This document shows, in pieces, positions 8,679 to 18,969 of a stretch of DNA of 64,000 nt. The notes beneath the pieces are model-generated. The model was not told the origin of the DNA and did not search any database. It saw only the letters and a program-made list of their open reading frames with translations. Origin of the DNA: Candidatus Methanomethylicia archaeon (GTDB lineage Archaea > Thermoproteota > Methanomethylicia > Nezhaarchaeales > B40-G2); contig JAPDJI010000004.1 of NCBI GenBank assembly GCA_029259155.1, positions 1 to 64,000 on the forward strand. Direction: 5' to 3'. A program made the translations under genes and the position numbers. How positions within the stretch are numbered: the first letter of the stretch is position 1; every line of letters starts with the position of its first letter.

Positions 8679-9356
8679 ATGACCAATTTTAGGTGCTGGA
8701 TCATGTTCCGTGAACTGGTGGAGAATAGGGCATGGAATCTTGGACTTAGGCTAGGGACTACTACTATCGGAGTGGTCTGTAGCGATGGAGTAATATTAGT
8801 CACGGATAGGAGGGTTACGTCGGGCTTCTTCATAGCTAATAAAAGAGGGAAAAAGATCTGTAAGATAGATGATCATATAGCAGCCACTATAGCTGGCGTA
8901 GTGGCTGATGCCCAAATGCTCATTGACCGCATCAGCGCTCAGGCTAGGCTATATAAGTTAATGAATGGGAGGCCCATAGGTGTAAAGGCAGCAGCTACCT
9001 TGGCCTCTAACATTCTCTTTAGCGCTCGATACTATCCCTTCATTCTCCAAGCTATAGTTGCAGGTGTAGACGATGAGGGATCTAGGATGTTTAACTTGGA
9101 TCTTTTCGGCACAATGACAGAGGAGCGCTACATAGCTACAGGCTCAGGCTCGCCTATGGCTCTAGGCGTCCTTGAAGGCGCCTACCACGATGGCATGACT
9201 GTGGCTGAAGCCATCCCAGTAGTAATAAAAGCTGTGTCCTCCTCTATGAAGTGGGATCCAGCTAGCGGTGAAGGTTTCGATGTGGCTATCATAACCAAGA
9301 AAGGAATCGAAGAGAAACCTGGAGAGACCTTGATTAAGGAGCTAGGTAGCCTTTGA
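8679..9356 (+). CDS. psmB: Proteasome beta subunit (catalytic type)
   Basis: G/TTTIG processing site with Thr1, GSGS, WDPASG; the start may lie a little downstream. Confidence 0.93.
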   Translation: MTNFRCWIMFRELVENRAWNLGLRLGTTTIGVVCSDGVILVTDRRVTSGFFIANKRGKKICKIDDHIAATIAGVVADAQMLIDRISAQARLYKLMNGRPIGVKAAATLASNILFSARYYPFILQAIVAGVDDEGSRMFNLDLFGTMTEERYIATGSGSPMALGVLEGAYHDGMTVAEAIPVVIKAVSSSMKWDPASGEGFDVAIITKKGIEEKPGETLIKELGSL

Positions 9357-9376
9357 ACCATAAAAGGTAGTTTTCT

Positions 9377-11284
9377 ATGCAGAGACCTAGTGGACCTTCA
9401 GCAGTTAGGGATGGTATCCTTCAATTAATCCCCAAAGAGGCTAAGGTTACAAAAGTAGAGTTTGAAGGACCTGAAGTAGTGGTTTATGCTCAAAACCCGT
9501 CGGCGTTAATGGAAGACGGTAACTTGATGAAGACCTTAGCTAGAATGATAAGAAAACGCGTAGTTTTAAAGACCGACCCTGAGATAAGGCTCCCTGAAGA
9601 GGAGGCTAAGAAAATAATCAAGGAGCTTGTCCCTGAAGACGCTGGGATTACAGAGATTATGTTTGATAAAACCATGGGAGAGGTATTAATAGAAGCCAGG
9701 AAGCCTGGCTTGGTTATAGGGAAAAGCGGCTCTCTTCTTCGCCAAATACTAATGAAGACACTCTGGAGACCTGTGGTTCTGCGAACTCCACCTCTCCATT
9801 CTCATATAGCGTATCAGGTTGCTCGCTTCATATATAGGAATAGCAGCTATCGTCAAAAAATATTGAAAAATATCGGCCTACGTATCCATAGACCTATGTT
9901 AACCAAGAAAGGCAGAGTGAGGATAAAGGCTCTAGGAGGCTTCTTAGAGGTAGGTAGATCTGCTCTTCTCTTGGAGGCGGATGAAACCAAGGTGCTTTTG
10001 GACTGTGGGGTTAAACCTGGTGCCTTCTCACTCTCAGAGGAGTTTCCTAGCTTATGGGAGATCGACCTCGACAACCTTGATGCAGTGGTCATAACTCACG
10101 CTCACTTAGATCACTGCGGCGCTCTTCCATTCCTCTTTAAGTACGGATATCGAGGACCCGTATACTGTAGTAGGCCTACTCAGATGCTTATGGCCCTCAT
10201 CCTACTTGACTACTTAGACGTTGCTTCAAGGGAAGGTAGAACCCCTCCCTACGATATAAAGGATATCAAGACTGCCCTCCTACACACTATTCCTCTTAAC
10301 TATGGAGAGGTTACAGACGTAGCCCCTAATGTTAGATTAACCCTACATAATGCTGGTCACATCTTAGGCTCGGCTATAGTCCACCTCCATATAGGCGACG
10401 GCCTTCACAACGTAGTCTATACAGGTGATTTCAAGTTCGCTAAAACTAGGCTTCTTGAAGCATCAACCTACGTTTTTCCTAGGCTTGAAACCTTAATCAT
10501 GGAGAGCACTTACGGCGCTCCCGATGACGTTATGCCCGCCCGTCAACAAACTGAGGAAACTTTCATTAATGCAATCAACAGAACTCTCAGTAGAGAGGGG
10601 AAGGTACTGATACCCGTGCTATCAGTGGGTAGAGCCCAAGAGATGATGTTGGTGCTTGTAGAAGCCATTATGCAAAACCTGATTCCTTCAGTCCCTATAT
10701 ACATAGAAGGGATGGTACAAGAAGCTACTGCTATTCATACTGCTTACCCTGAAGAACTTGCCAGAGAAGTTAGGAACAAAATTTTCTACGAAGAGCAAAA
10801 CCCCTTCCTCTCTGAGAACTTTATAACTGTCAAGAGCCGCAGCGCTAGGCCTGATATTGTAGAGGGGGAACCCTGCATAATTATGGCTACCTCTGGCATG
10901 CTAAATGCAGGTCCTGCCGTAGAGTACTTCAGGCTATTGGCCTCTGACGAGAAGAATAGCTTGATTTTCGTAAGCTACCAGGCTGAAGGTACCCTTGGTA
11001 GAAGGGTGCAGAGCGGTGTTAGAGAAGTTACCGTTAGCGGACCTGAAGGTAAACCTGAAGTGGTTAAAGTGAATTGCGAAGTGGTGAGTATTGAAGGTTT
11101 CTCGGGCCATAGTGACCGAAAACAATTATTAAAGTTTGTTCAACGAGTCGTCCCTAAGCCTTCAAGGATCCTGGTTTGCCACGGAGAAGAGACTAAGAGC
11201 CTAAACTTAGCGAATACTATACAGAGATTTTTCAAGGTTCCCACGATAGCTCCTATGCCGCAGGAAACCATTAGGTTGAGGTGA
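9377..11284 (+). CDS. fttA: aCPSF1/FttA KH-domain beta-CASP ribonuclease (transcription termination factor)
   Basis: N-terminal KH domains (PGLVIGKSG), HAHLDH, AGHILGS, FSGHSD; adjacent to psmB as is typical. Confidence 0.95.
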   Translation: MQRPSGPSAVRDGILQLIPKEAKVTKVEFEGPEVVVYAQNPSALMEDGNLMKTLARMIRKRVVLKTDPEIRLPEEEAKKIIKELVPEDAGITEIMFDKTMGEVLIEARKPGLVIGKSGSLLRQILMKTLWRPVVLRTPPLHSHIAYQVARFIYRNSSYRQKILKNIGLRIHRPMLTKKGRVRIKALGGFLEVGRSALLLEADETKVLLDCGVKPGAFSLSEEFPSLWEIDLDNLDAVVITHAHLDHCGALPFLFKYGYRGPVYCSRPTQMLMALILLDYLDVASREGRTPPYDIKDIKTALLHTIPLNYGEVTDVAPNVRLTLHNAGHILGSAIVHLHIGDGLHNVVYTGDFKFAKTRLLEASTYVFPRLETLIMESTYGAPDDVMPARQQTEETFINAINRTLSREGKVLIPVLSVGRAQEMMLVLVEAIMQNLIPSVPIYIEGMVQEATAIHTAYPEELAREVRNKIFYEEQNPFLSENFITVKSRSARPDIVEGEPCIIMATSGMLNAGPAVEYFRLLASDEKNSLIFVSYQAEGTLGRRVQSGVREVTVSGPEGKPEVVKVNCEVVSIEGFSGHSDRKQLLKFVQRVVPKPSRILVCHGEETKSLNLANTIQRFFKVPTIAPMPQETIRLR

Positions 11285-11289
11285 ACTAA

Positions 11290-12339
11290 ATGTCCATTCA
11301 CCTCATAAACTTGCCTAGACGCATAGTTGTAGGCGACGGCGTACTAAAGATGCTTGGTAACACTTGTAGAGAGCTAGGTTTTCATGGTAACTTAATGGTG
11401 GTCACTGGAGACATGACTCTTCAAGCGGCTGGTAATGAAGCTCTGTCAGCTCTCTCCTCAGCCAAGATAGATTATGACCTCGTGGTGATAGACGACCCTG
11501 ATGCAGGGTGGGTGGAGAAGGTTGTTAAGCTAGCTCAGGATAAACGGCCTTCTGCCATTATAGGTGTAGGCGGAGGTTCCATCATTGATGTAGCTAAGCT
11601 AGCAGCAGCGAAGACTGGATTAAACTTTGTGAGCGTCCCAACATCAGCCTCACATGACGGGATAGCTTCCCCCAGAGCATCGGTTAAAGGTCTAGGCACT
11701 TACGGGTCGGTGGAGGCCCAAACTCCATCAGCTATTATAGCCGATGTCTCAGTCATAAAGAGGGCGCCTCGACGCCTCATCATAAGCGGGTGTGGAGATG
11801 TTGTGGCTAAGATAACAGCTGTGAGCGACTGGCTCTTGGCTCACAGACTTAAAGGTGAATATTACGGCGAGTATGCTGCTTCTTTGGCTAGGATGTCGGC
11901 CCACCTAGTTATGAAAAGTGCTAGGGAGATAGCAAACCTAACTGATGAAGGTATACGTACACTCCTCGAGGCTTTAGTGTCCTGTGGCGTAGCTATGTGT
12001 ATAGCAGGCTCCTCTAGACCATGCTCAGGCTCGGAACACCAGTTTAGCCATGCTCTCGACATAGTGGCTTCAAGGCCAGCTCTACACGGAGAACAGTGCG
12101 GCGTAGGTACCATAATGATGGCCTATCTTCACGGCCTTGATTGGCGTAGGATAAGATCGGTGTTAAGGTCCATAGGTGCCCCCACCAACGCTGAAGGGCT
12201 GAAGGTGTCATCCAAGATGGTGATAAAGGCGCTCACGATGGCCCATAAGATAAGGGACCGCTACACAATTCTCGGCGAGACAGGGTTAACAGAGTCAGCT
12301 GCTGAGAGGCTTGCTAGAGTAACAGGTGTAATAGAATAG
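11290..12339 (+). CDS. egsA: sn-glycerol-1-phosphate dehydrogenase
   Basis: GVGGGSIIDVAK, PTSASHDGIASP, GSEHQFSHALD, HGEQCG. Confidence 0.95.
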   Translation: MSIHLINLPRRIVVGDGVLKMLGNTCRELGFHGNLMVVTGDMTLQAAGNEALSALSSAKIDYDLVVIDDPDAGWVEKVVKLAQDKRPSAIIGVGGGSIIDVAKLAAAKTGLNFVSVPTSASHDGIASPRASVKGLGTYGSVEAQTPSAIIADVSVIKRAPRRLIISGCGDVVAKITAVSDWLLAHRLKGEYYGEYAASLARMSAHLVMKSAREIANLTDEGIRTLLEALVSCGVAMCIAGSSRPCSGSEHQFSHALDIVASRPALHGEQCGVGTIMMAYLHGLDWRRIRSVLRSIGAPTNAEGLKVSSKMVIKALTMAHKIRDRYTILGETGLTESAAERLARVTGVIE

Positions 12340-12373
12340 GAGGTAGGTCTCAACGGAAGGTAAAGATCGAATC

Positions 12374-12814
12374 GTGACTTTAGTGGGCGAGCTTCAAGCT
12401 AGGGTAGGCTACCGCTTCATTAATGGTGAACCTCCTCAAGCCTGTAGAGGCTGTAATCTATACCAGGTTTGTGTGGGAAGGCTTGAGCCAGGCGTGGTTT
12501 ACGAAGTGGTAGCAGTTAGGGAGAAGAAGCATCCATGTAAAATACATGAAGGAGGAGTAAGGGTAGTGGAAGTAGTGGAGGCACCTATCGAATTAGCTCT
12601 GCCTCCAAAATTAGCCTTAGAGGACCTGGTGGTGTGGTTCCGTCCACAAAAATGTAGTGAAGTCACCTGCCGCTTCCATCGTTTATGTTCTCCACCAATG
12701 ATAAGTAAGGGTGAGAAGTTCAGGGTAATTAAGGGTGATCTAGGTAAGCTTCCTTGCCCTAGAGGGCTAGGATTGGTTAAGGTTCTTGTGAAGCGGGAGC
12801 CTCGCTCTTCTTAA
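12374..12814 (+). CDS. UPF0179-family Cys-rich protein
   Basis: TLVG start, CxxCx5C, HPCKIHEGGV; typical position after egsA. Confidence 0.8.
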   Translation: MTLVGELQARVGYRFINGEPPQACRGCNLYQVCVGRLEPGVVYEVVAVREKKHPCKIHEGGVRVVEVVEAPIELALPPKLALEDLVVWFRPQKCSEVTCRFHRLCSPPMISKGEKFRVIKGDLGKLPCPRGLGLVKVLVKREPRSS

Positions 12815-13502
12815 TAGTGTAGGTTTCGTGGAACCTCACTGCCTGGATTTGAGGCATATACCTCTGAATATCGATAACTAGGCCTCGTTTAGCGTACTGC
12901 AAGTCTTCAAGCGTAAAGGCTTCTTCAGGCACTTCTATGTCCAGCACGTTTTCCTCAAGTTTGATCTTAAACCTGTCTTTAGGTATCCTCCTAAATCTTC
13001 GGTGGAGAAGCTCTAACACTTTGTCTTCGTTTCCCTCGATCTTCGACACTACTTTTACCTCATACACTATGGAGTGACCTGCTAGTGGATGATTAAAGTC
13101 TAGTATTACTCTACCTCCACCTATGCTTCTAACAAGGCCTAATCTTCCATCAAATTCTATGCGAGCCCCAAGCCTAGGTGTTATACCTCTTCGCGCTAAC
13201 TCTCTAGCTGGAACCGTCCTAACCTTGCTGGGATCCCTCTCTCCGAAGGCTTTCTCGGGCGGTATCTCTACGGTCTTCTCTTCTCCTACCTCCATCTGGG
13301 TTAAGGCTTCATCTAAGCCTTCAAGTACCCATCCTTCACCTACGATGACCAGCTGCGGCTCGTAAATACCATCTTCACGGTAGAACCTGGCTTCCTTAGC
13401 TACATCTTCTTTAGTTAAGTCTATGATCTCGCCGGTTTCCTTTACTTTTGCGACGTAATCTATCAATACATAGTCTCCCTTTTGAATCGGCACTTTAAGC
13501 AC
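12777..13502 (-). CDS. Long-type FKBP peptidyl-prolyl isomerase (SlyD-like)
   Basis: IPPEKAFGERD, DFNHPLAG. Confidence 0.92.
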   Translation of the reverse strand: MLKVPIQKGDYVLIDYVAKVKETGEIIDLTKEDVAKEARFYREDGIYEPQLVIVGEGWVLEGLDEALTQMEVGEEKTVEIPPEKAFGERDPSKVRTVPARELARRGITPRLGARIEFDGRLGLVRSIGGGRVILDFNHPLAGHSIVYEVKVVSKIEGNEDKVLELLHRRFRRIPKDRFKIKLEENVLDIEVPEEAFTLEDLQYAKRGLVIDIQRYMPQIQAVRFHETYTIKKSEAPASQEP

Positions 13503-13538
13503 CCTCGCCCCCTTTAGGGGTAAGCGTATTATATTTTT

Positions 13539-14621
13539 TCAGCTCTCTTCCATCTTCCTCCTTAAACCTACTCCTCTACATAGGATGTTGGAGGTTTTCC
13601 CTAATCCTCCTTCCACCTCTACAGTAACTCCTAGCAGGATCTTAACTACTTCCATACACGTCAAGGCATGAAGAGTTAATTCGCTAACCCTTACCTCAGA
13701 TTTCCCGTCGGCTAAAGCCATGTAGACTATGAGTTGATCACCCATATATCGATCTATTGAAGCTCCCGAGCTCAACTGTTTTATTAAGGATTGAGCAGCC
13801 TCTAAACCGACCTTCTCAGCAGGTTTACCTCTCTCGCCTAGGCTATCGGCACCAAGTAAAGCCCCCTCATTAGTTTCAGCTCTAAGCAGTATCCCGCATC
13901 CAGGGTCTAAGCTACACTTAGGGTGCTCTGGCTGTAGCACTTCATGCTCTATTTCTACATCACCATATCCAGCTTCAGTTAAAGCCTTCTCGGCACTTTT
14001 TGCCATCCTCTCAACGATGTGTCCAGGTAGCTTACAACTATAAGCTATGCCTGTTATCTTAACTACCTTACCTGGCTTAAGCATAGATATGGTCCTCAGC
14101 TTGTCCACAGGCTCCATAACTGCTCTCACTACGCCTCCTCCTCTAGGGTAAAACCCTCTTCTAAGTAAGGAGACTTGGCAATGGTAATTCATCTTCGCTA
14201 GGATGGGCAAAAGTAAGCGCTGAAAGTAATCGATGGGAGGAGCCATAGGGTTATTAGTACCTCCCTTAACCTCTACCATCACCCTTTTAGGGGAGAAGGC
14301 CGAAGCTGGTAATAGACTCTGCAACACTAGCGTAGTTGCACCAGCCGTTCCCACGTCAAAGTAAAATCTACCTCCACGAGGCCTACCTGGAGTAAAGATT
14401 AGCTCCCTTGAACCTACCCTTAACCCTTCAACCTTAGCTCCTACAAGTTCAGCTACCGCCTTAATTGCCGTTAAGTGTTGCGGCCTTAACCCCGGGTTGC
14501 TTCTCTTAGCTCGTATGTTGTATATCCTGAGAGGTACTCCTGATACTGCCGACAATGCTATGCTTAGTCTAAGTATCTGTCCTCCCCCTTCAAGCATGCT
14601 ACCATCGATATCTATCCTCAT
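13539..14621 (-). CDS. rtcA: RNA 3'-terminal phosphate cyclase
   Basis: EGGGQILR, GLRPQHL, RRGFYPRGGG, DQL, TLHALT (catalytic His). Confidence 0.95.
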   Translation of the reverse strand: MRIDIDGSMLEGGGQILRLSIALSAVSGVPLRIYNIRAKRSNPGLRPQHLTAIKAVAELVGAKVEGLRVGSRELIFTPGRPRGGRFYFDVGTAGATTLVLQSLLPASAFSPKRVMVEVKGGTNNPMAPPIDYFQRLLLPILAKMNYHCQVSLLRRGFYPRGGGVVRAVMEPVDKLRTISMLKPGKVVKITGIAYSCKLPGHIVERMAKSAEKALTEAGYGDVEIEHEVLQPEHPKCSLDPGCGILLRAETNEGALLGADSLGERGKPAEKVGLEAAQSLIKQLSSGASIDRYMGDQLIVYMALADGKSEVRVSELTLHALTCMEVVKILLGVTVEVEGGLGKTSNILCRGVGLRRKMEES

Positions 14622-15631
14622 CCTTCTCCCCTCCTCGCAGCTTTCACTGCTTCTACTAATACTTCCTTCACTCCTAAACAGCGTAAAGCAACCATTTTAG
14701 GCAGGTTCCTTAATCCAAGCTCATCTTCCACTTCCTTGATCTGCCTCTCCGAGGCTAAGTCCACCTTATTAAGAACAGGGAGGTGAGGTATATCCTTGAG
14801 AACTTCCACCGCCCCTCTATAGATGTTTACCTGCTCCTTAATGGTGTACCCAGAGGTTTCAGATGGATCTATCATGAATATCACTGACTTAGCTAAATGT
14901 CTAAGCGCAGCTATAGCTTGCTGCTCCGCCCTATTACGCTTATAAATTGGTCTATCAAGGAGGCCGGGTGTATCTATGATCTGTACTCTAACTCCTCCAA
15001 GGTCAAGGTGTCCTACAAGAACCTGTCTAGTGGTAAATGGGTAGGATGCTATGTCAGGCTTGGCTGTGGACACGCATTTGACGAAGCAGGACTTTCCCAC
15101 GTTGGGTGCGCCAGCTACTACTACTGTTAGTCCTTCAGGATCTATGGATGGTAGCTTTCTAAGCTTAGCTCCAGCCTCCTTTACTAAGGCTAAGTCTTTA
15201 TCAAGTTTCTTGAGCACTGAGCTTAACCTACCGTAAAAGGCCTTCCTTATCCTAGCTGCTTCATGAACCTCCCTAGCCCGCTTAACCATCCTAAGATGGT
15301 CCTTCAATAACCTCTTCACGATAGTTTCAGCTCGCTTTATTCTGGCTAAGGCTTTCCTTAGGTTATCTACCCCTACCACGGCATCAGCTACTTCTCTGTA
15401 AAATGGATGCAGGTCACTAATCCTCGGTGTCTCCGTTACTACTTTATGTAACCTATTGATAACGATGTTACCAGCGGAGGTAATTCTTGTCTCTTCCTTA
15501 ATCTTAGCCTTCAAATCCTTAGGTGTTCTTCTTGGAATTTTCACCTCTCTTTTCCTAGCTCTTCTAAAGGCTAAGTCTATAAGTTCACGGCTTCTAAGGG
15601 GGTCAGGCATGGAGGAGAAGGGTTGTTCCAA
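14618..15631 (-). CDS. NOG1-family GTP-binding protein
   Basis: LHPFY, GAPNVGKS, YPFTT, DTPGLLDRP, NKVD. Confidence 0.93.
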   Translation of the reverse strand: MEQPFSSMPDPLRSRELIDLAFRRARKREVKIPRRTPKDLKAKIKEETRITSAGNIVINRLHKVVTETPRISDLHPFYREVADAVVGVDNLRKALARIKRAETIVKRLLKDHLRMVKRAREVHEAARIRKAFYGRLSSVLKKLDKDLALVKEAGAKLRKLPSIDPEGLTVVVAGAPNVGKSCFVKCVSTAKPDIASYPFTTRQVLVGHLDLGGVRVQIIDTPGLLDRPIYKRNRAEQQAIAALRHLAKSVIFMIDPSETSGYTIKEQVNIYRGAVEVLKDIPHLPVLNKVDLASERQIKEVEDELGLRNLPKMVALRCLGVKEVLVEAVKAARRGEG

Positions 15632-15632
15632 T

Positions 15633-15875
15633 TTACCTCCTCCTAAATAGAACCTCTCCTTCTACGCTACGTACCTCGAGGACTCTATGATAAGGTATTT
15701 GTACTTCAACACCGTTCTCCTCATACACGAAAAAGTACCTTCCAACCTCCTTGATGGAAGACCCTGCAATAACTTTTACATCTCCTGGAGCCCCTCGATG
15801 TACGATGACGACTTGATAACCGCCTAAACCGAGGCTCCATTTAAGCTTGTTTAACATTTCCCTTACGGTAACCAT
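15633..15875 (-). CDS. DUF504/MJ1316-family (UPF0248) RNA-binding protein
   Basis: REMLNKLKW, HRGA, IPYHRV motifs. Confidence 0.85.
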   Translation of the reverse strand: MVTVREMLNKLKWSLGLGGYQVVIVHRGAPGDVKVIAGSSIKEVGRYFFVYEENGVEVQIPYHRVLEVRSVEGEVLFRRR

Positions 15876-15940
15876 TTTGATTCACTACTGCATCCCCTGC
15901 TATAAAGCGTTGGCTGGGAAATCTTAAAAGGTGGAGGGAT

Positions 15941-16588
15941 ATGGAATGTGTGCTTGGAGGCGTACTTATGGAGGCTTCGTTTCCTAACAGGATACCCTTG
16001 GCTGTAGGAGCTACTACTGTAGGAGTAAGGTGTAGTGAAGGGGTGGTGTTAGCATCTGAAAAGCGGGTCTCATATGGGCTAACAGTGACAAGCAAATCTG
16101 CTAAGAAGGTTTTCAGGGTTACCGATAGGATGGGGATAGCGTGTGCTGGCCTAATAGGAGATATGCAGGCGATTGCAAGGACACTGGCTGTGGAAGCTAG
16201 CCTCTATGAACTTAACTTCAATCGTAAGATGGCTATTAGGTCAGCAGCCAAGCTGTTGGCAAATATCCTGTTTAGCCAGCGCTACATGCCTCTATTCAGC
16301 GAAACCTTACTTGGAGGCATAGACCTTGAAGGCCCCCATCTCTTCATCTTAGATCCTCTTGGCTCTCTAATAGAGGATGACTATGCTGCCATAGGCAGTG
16401 GAGCCTCAGTGGCCATAGCTATCCTTGAGACCGAGTATAAGCGAGACATGAACCTAAAGCAGGCTGAAGATCTGGCAGCCAAGTCTATTAAGGTGGCCAT
16501 CGAGAGGGATGCCTTGTCTGGCGATGGCATAGACTTGCTATCCATATCAAGTGGAGGAATTGAGGAGCGCTTTACACCCTTAAAGTAG
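15941..16588 (+). CDS. psmB: Second proteasome beta subunit, probably non-catalytic
   Basis: Ntn-hydrolase motifs, but GATT instead of GTTT; likely start ATG at 15968. Confidence 0.9.
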   Translation: MECVLGGVLMEASFPNRIPLAVGATTVGVRCSEGVVLASEKRVSYGLTVTSKSAKKVFRVTDRMGIACAGLIGDMQAIARTLAVEASLYELNFNRKMAIRSAAKLLANILFSQRYMPLFSETLLGGIDLEGPHLFILDPLGSLIEDDYAAIGSGASVAIAILETEYKRDMNLKQAEDLAAKSIKVAIERDALSGDGIDLLSISSGGIEERFTPLK

Positions 16589-16605
16589 AGCATAGTGGAG
16601 GAGAC

Positions 16606-17556
16606 ATGTACCTCTCTCCTCAAGTAAAGTCTCTTCTTGTTAAGCAACGTTACCACCTCGTTGGCCGCCACGAGCATGCCGCGGTTAAGAAGTGCCATTG
16701 GCTTCACAAGGCTTTAACGGAAGATAAGCTATGCTATAAGAGCTGGTACGGCATACAGAGCCATCGTTGTGTACAGTTTACACCTATGCTCTCATGCCCT
16801 AACGCCTGCCTCCACTGCTGGAGGATTGAACGATCAGACCCAGGAGTATCATGGGATGAACTGAGGCTGCCTCCTATCGATAAACCTGAAACTTTAATCG
16901 AAGGAGCGTTGAAGGAACAGCGCAGGATTGTCAGTGGTTATAAGTCAAACCCGAAGGTGGATAGGAAACGCTTTGAAGAGGCTTTACATCCTAGACACTT
17001 TGCCATATCGTTGGCTGGTGAGCCCACGCTTTACCCTTACATAGATGACCTTCTAGGCCTATTACGATCTAAGGGTTTCACTTCTTTCCTAGTGACCAAC
17101 GGCCTATACCCTGAAGTGCTCTCTTCTCTGAGCAATGAACCTTCACAGCTCTACGTGTCTATCAACGCTCCTAACGAGACCCTATACAGGAAGGTCTGTA
17201 GACCTTCCATGAGCGATGCCTGGCAGAGGCTTAATGAAACCTTAAGCCTACTGAGCACTTTCAAGTGCCCTACAGCGTTAAGATTGACCTTAATAAAAGG
17301 CGTTAATGACGTTGATATAGAAGGCTATGCTTCGCTCATTGAAAAGGCTAATAGCCATTACGTAGAAGTTAAAGCCTACATGTACTTAGGTTTCTCGAGG
17401 TATAGACTCAAGCTTGGAAACATGCCTAGACATAGCGAAGTGGTCAGGTTTGCCCATCTTCTATCTCAACATATAGGCTATGAGGTCCTAGAGGACTCTC
17501 TACACTCAAGGGTAGTGCTGCTCTCCAGGCTTCCTAAACCAATTGAGGTAGCGTGA
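16606..17556 (+). CDS. taw1: 4-demethylwyosine synthase TYW1/Taw1 (radical SAM)
   Basis: VKKCHW, CYK, SHRC, CPNACLHCWR, SLAGEP, EVKAYMYLG. Confidence 0.95.
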   Translation: MYLSPQVKSLLVKQRYHLVGRHEHAAVKKCHWLHKALTEDKLCYKSWYGIQSHRCVQFTPMLSCPNACLHCWRIERSDPGVSWDELRLPPIDKPETLIEGALKEQRRIVSGYKSNPKVDRKRFEEALHPRHFAISLAGEPTLYPYIDDLLGLLRSKGFTSFLVTNGLYPEVLSSLSNEPSQLYVSINAPNETLYRKVCRPSMSDAWQRLNETLSLLSTFKCPTALRLTLIKGVNDVDIEGYASLIEKANSHYVEVKAYMYLGFSRYRLKLGNMPRHSEVVRFAHLLSQHIGYEVLEDSLHSRVVLLSRLPKPIEVA

Positions 17557-17569
17557 AGAGGCTTTCTCT

Positions 17570-17845
17570 ATGTCCAAGGAGCTTAGAGAAAGGTTAGATA
17601 GGTATCTAAATTCGCTAAAAAAGACATTAAGCCAGGTTAAACTTGCCGAGCTCGAAGTGAGCGTGGATGGCAACAAGGTTAGGACGGTGCTCGACTTAGT
17701 GGAAAGGTATTATCGTGATGCTCTACATTATTTGGAGGAGGGGGACTTAACAACTAGCTTGGTATGCGTAGTATATGCTGAAGGCCTTCTTGATACCCTA
17801 AGAGTTTTAGGTTTAGCCTCCTTTAAATGGCCCTTTGAAGCTTAG
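17570..17845 (+). CDS. DUF357-family protein
   Basis: YYRDALHYL...YAEGLLD. Confidence 0.85.
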   Translation: MSKELRERLDRYLNSLKKTLSQVKLAELEVSVDGNKVRTVLDLVERYYRDALHYLEEGDLTTSLVCVVYAEGLLDTLRVLGLASFKWPFEA

Positions 17846-17855
17846 GTGAGGTGTC

Positions 17856-18317
17856 ATGGTTAAGAAAGTAATGGTTGCAGGCGTGTTCGACCTAATTCAT
17901 CCTGGCCACCTATACCTCTTATGGAAGGCTAAAGAGATGGGCACAGTAGTCGTCGTAGTAGCTCGCGACTCTACTGTAGAGAGAGTTAAGGGTAGGAAAC
18001 CTATTGTACCGGAAGATCAGCGCCTAGAAGTAGTTAGTAACTTGAAGCCTGTGGATCAGGCGGTCTTAGGTCATGAAGGTGATTTACTCAGGGTGGTTGA
18101 AGAAGTTAAGCCAGACGTGATCCTCCTAGGCCCAAATCAGCCTTTTAATGAAGAGTGGTTAGAGGAGGAACTTAATAGGCGAGGTTTAAACGTAGAAGTG
18201 GTCAGGTTGAAGGAGGCTTATAGAGGCTGTCGCTTTTATAGCTCATCCCAAATAATAGAAGAAGTGTTGGCTAGGGCTGAGCGCAGGTTTAATGAACCAA
18301 CCGGATCTCGGCCTTGA
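17856..18317 (+). CDS. ribL: FAD synthase (cytidylyltransferase family)
   Basis: GVFDLIHPGH, VARDS, SSSQI; convergent with ribK. Confidence 0.85.
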   Translation: MVKKVMVAGVFDLIHPGHLYLLWKAKEMGTVVVVVARDSTVERVKGRKPIVPEDQRLEVVSNLKPVDQAVLGHEGDLLRVVEEVKPDVILLGPNQPFNEEWLEEELNRRGLNVEVVRLKEAYRGCRFYSSSQIIEEVLARAERRFNEPTGSRP

Positions 18318-18969
18318 TCCTATCCCCATCCTTGAGGCTTAAAGCTCTCCTCACGTTAATGGGGGCGATGAATTCCAAGGTATCTTTACCGTAATGAGTT
18401 CGCCTTGCTATAACTATTGCACCCTCTACTGTTCCATTTATCGTAGCTCTAAAACACTTGACGGGGCCGTATGTTCTATCCCCATCGCTAAACCCTTCAA
18501 TTTCTATTCCTCTAAAATGTTCCAATGTTTCTCTGGCTCTGAGGCTTTTAGTATCGCTTAGCTTTACGTTCAGAGTCCCTGGATAAGGATCGAAACCTAG
18601 CTTAGCGATGAACTGTCTTCTGTAACCTTCACGGCTCACGTAGTAAGCTCCTTCACCCAATCCCGTGAATATCTCTCCTTCAACAGTAAGCTCACCTACC
18701 TCTTCCTCAAACAACCTCTTCAACTCCGCATAAACCTCCTTTAAAGCCTCTACGCCTTTCTCTGTCAGCATCACCGTCTGTCCTCTACGTAAAACCTCCC
18801 TTTTAACCAATCCCTGCTTTTCAAGCTCTATCAACCTCCTTGAGGCTGTCTGTTGAGAGATACCTAGAGCCTTACCGAAGGCGGCGCTATTGATCGCTAC
18901 TGGATGCTTAGTTGCCCCCAACACTGCTAGACGGTATAGTGAATCCCAAAGTTCAGGGGCGATGTTCAT
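18289..18969 (-). CDS. ribK: CTP-dependent riboflavin kinase with N-terminal HTH
   Basis: SQQTASRRL HTH; GLGEGAYY, PYPGTLN, RTHY. Confidence 0.93.
   Translation of the reverse strand: MNIAPELWDSLYRLAVLGATKHPVAINSAAFGKALGISQQTASRRLIELEKQGLVKREVLRRGQTVMLTEKGVEALKEVYAELKRLFEEEVGELTVEGEIFTGLGEGAYYVSREGYRRQFIAKLGFDPYPGTLNVKLSDTKSLRARETLEHFRGIEIEGFSDGDRTYGPVKCFRATINGTVEGAIVIARRTHYGKDTLEFIAPINVRRALSLKDGDRIKAEIRLVH

Noticed and set aside
8650-8705. Possible C/D box sRNA (GTGAAGA...CTGG)
   Set aside because: D and D' boxes are too degenerate and no target was identified
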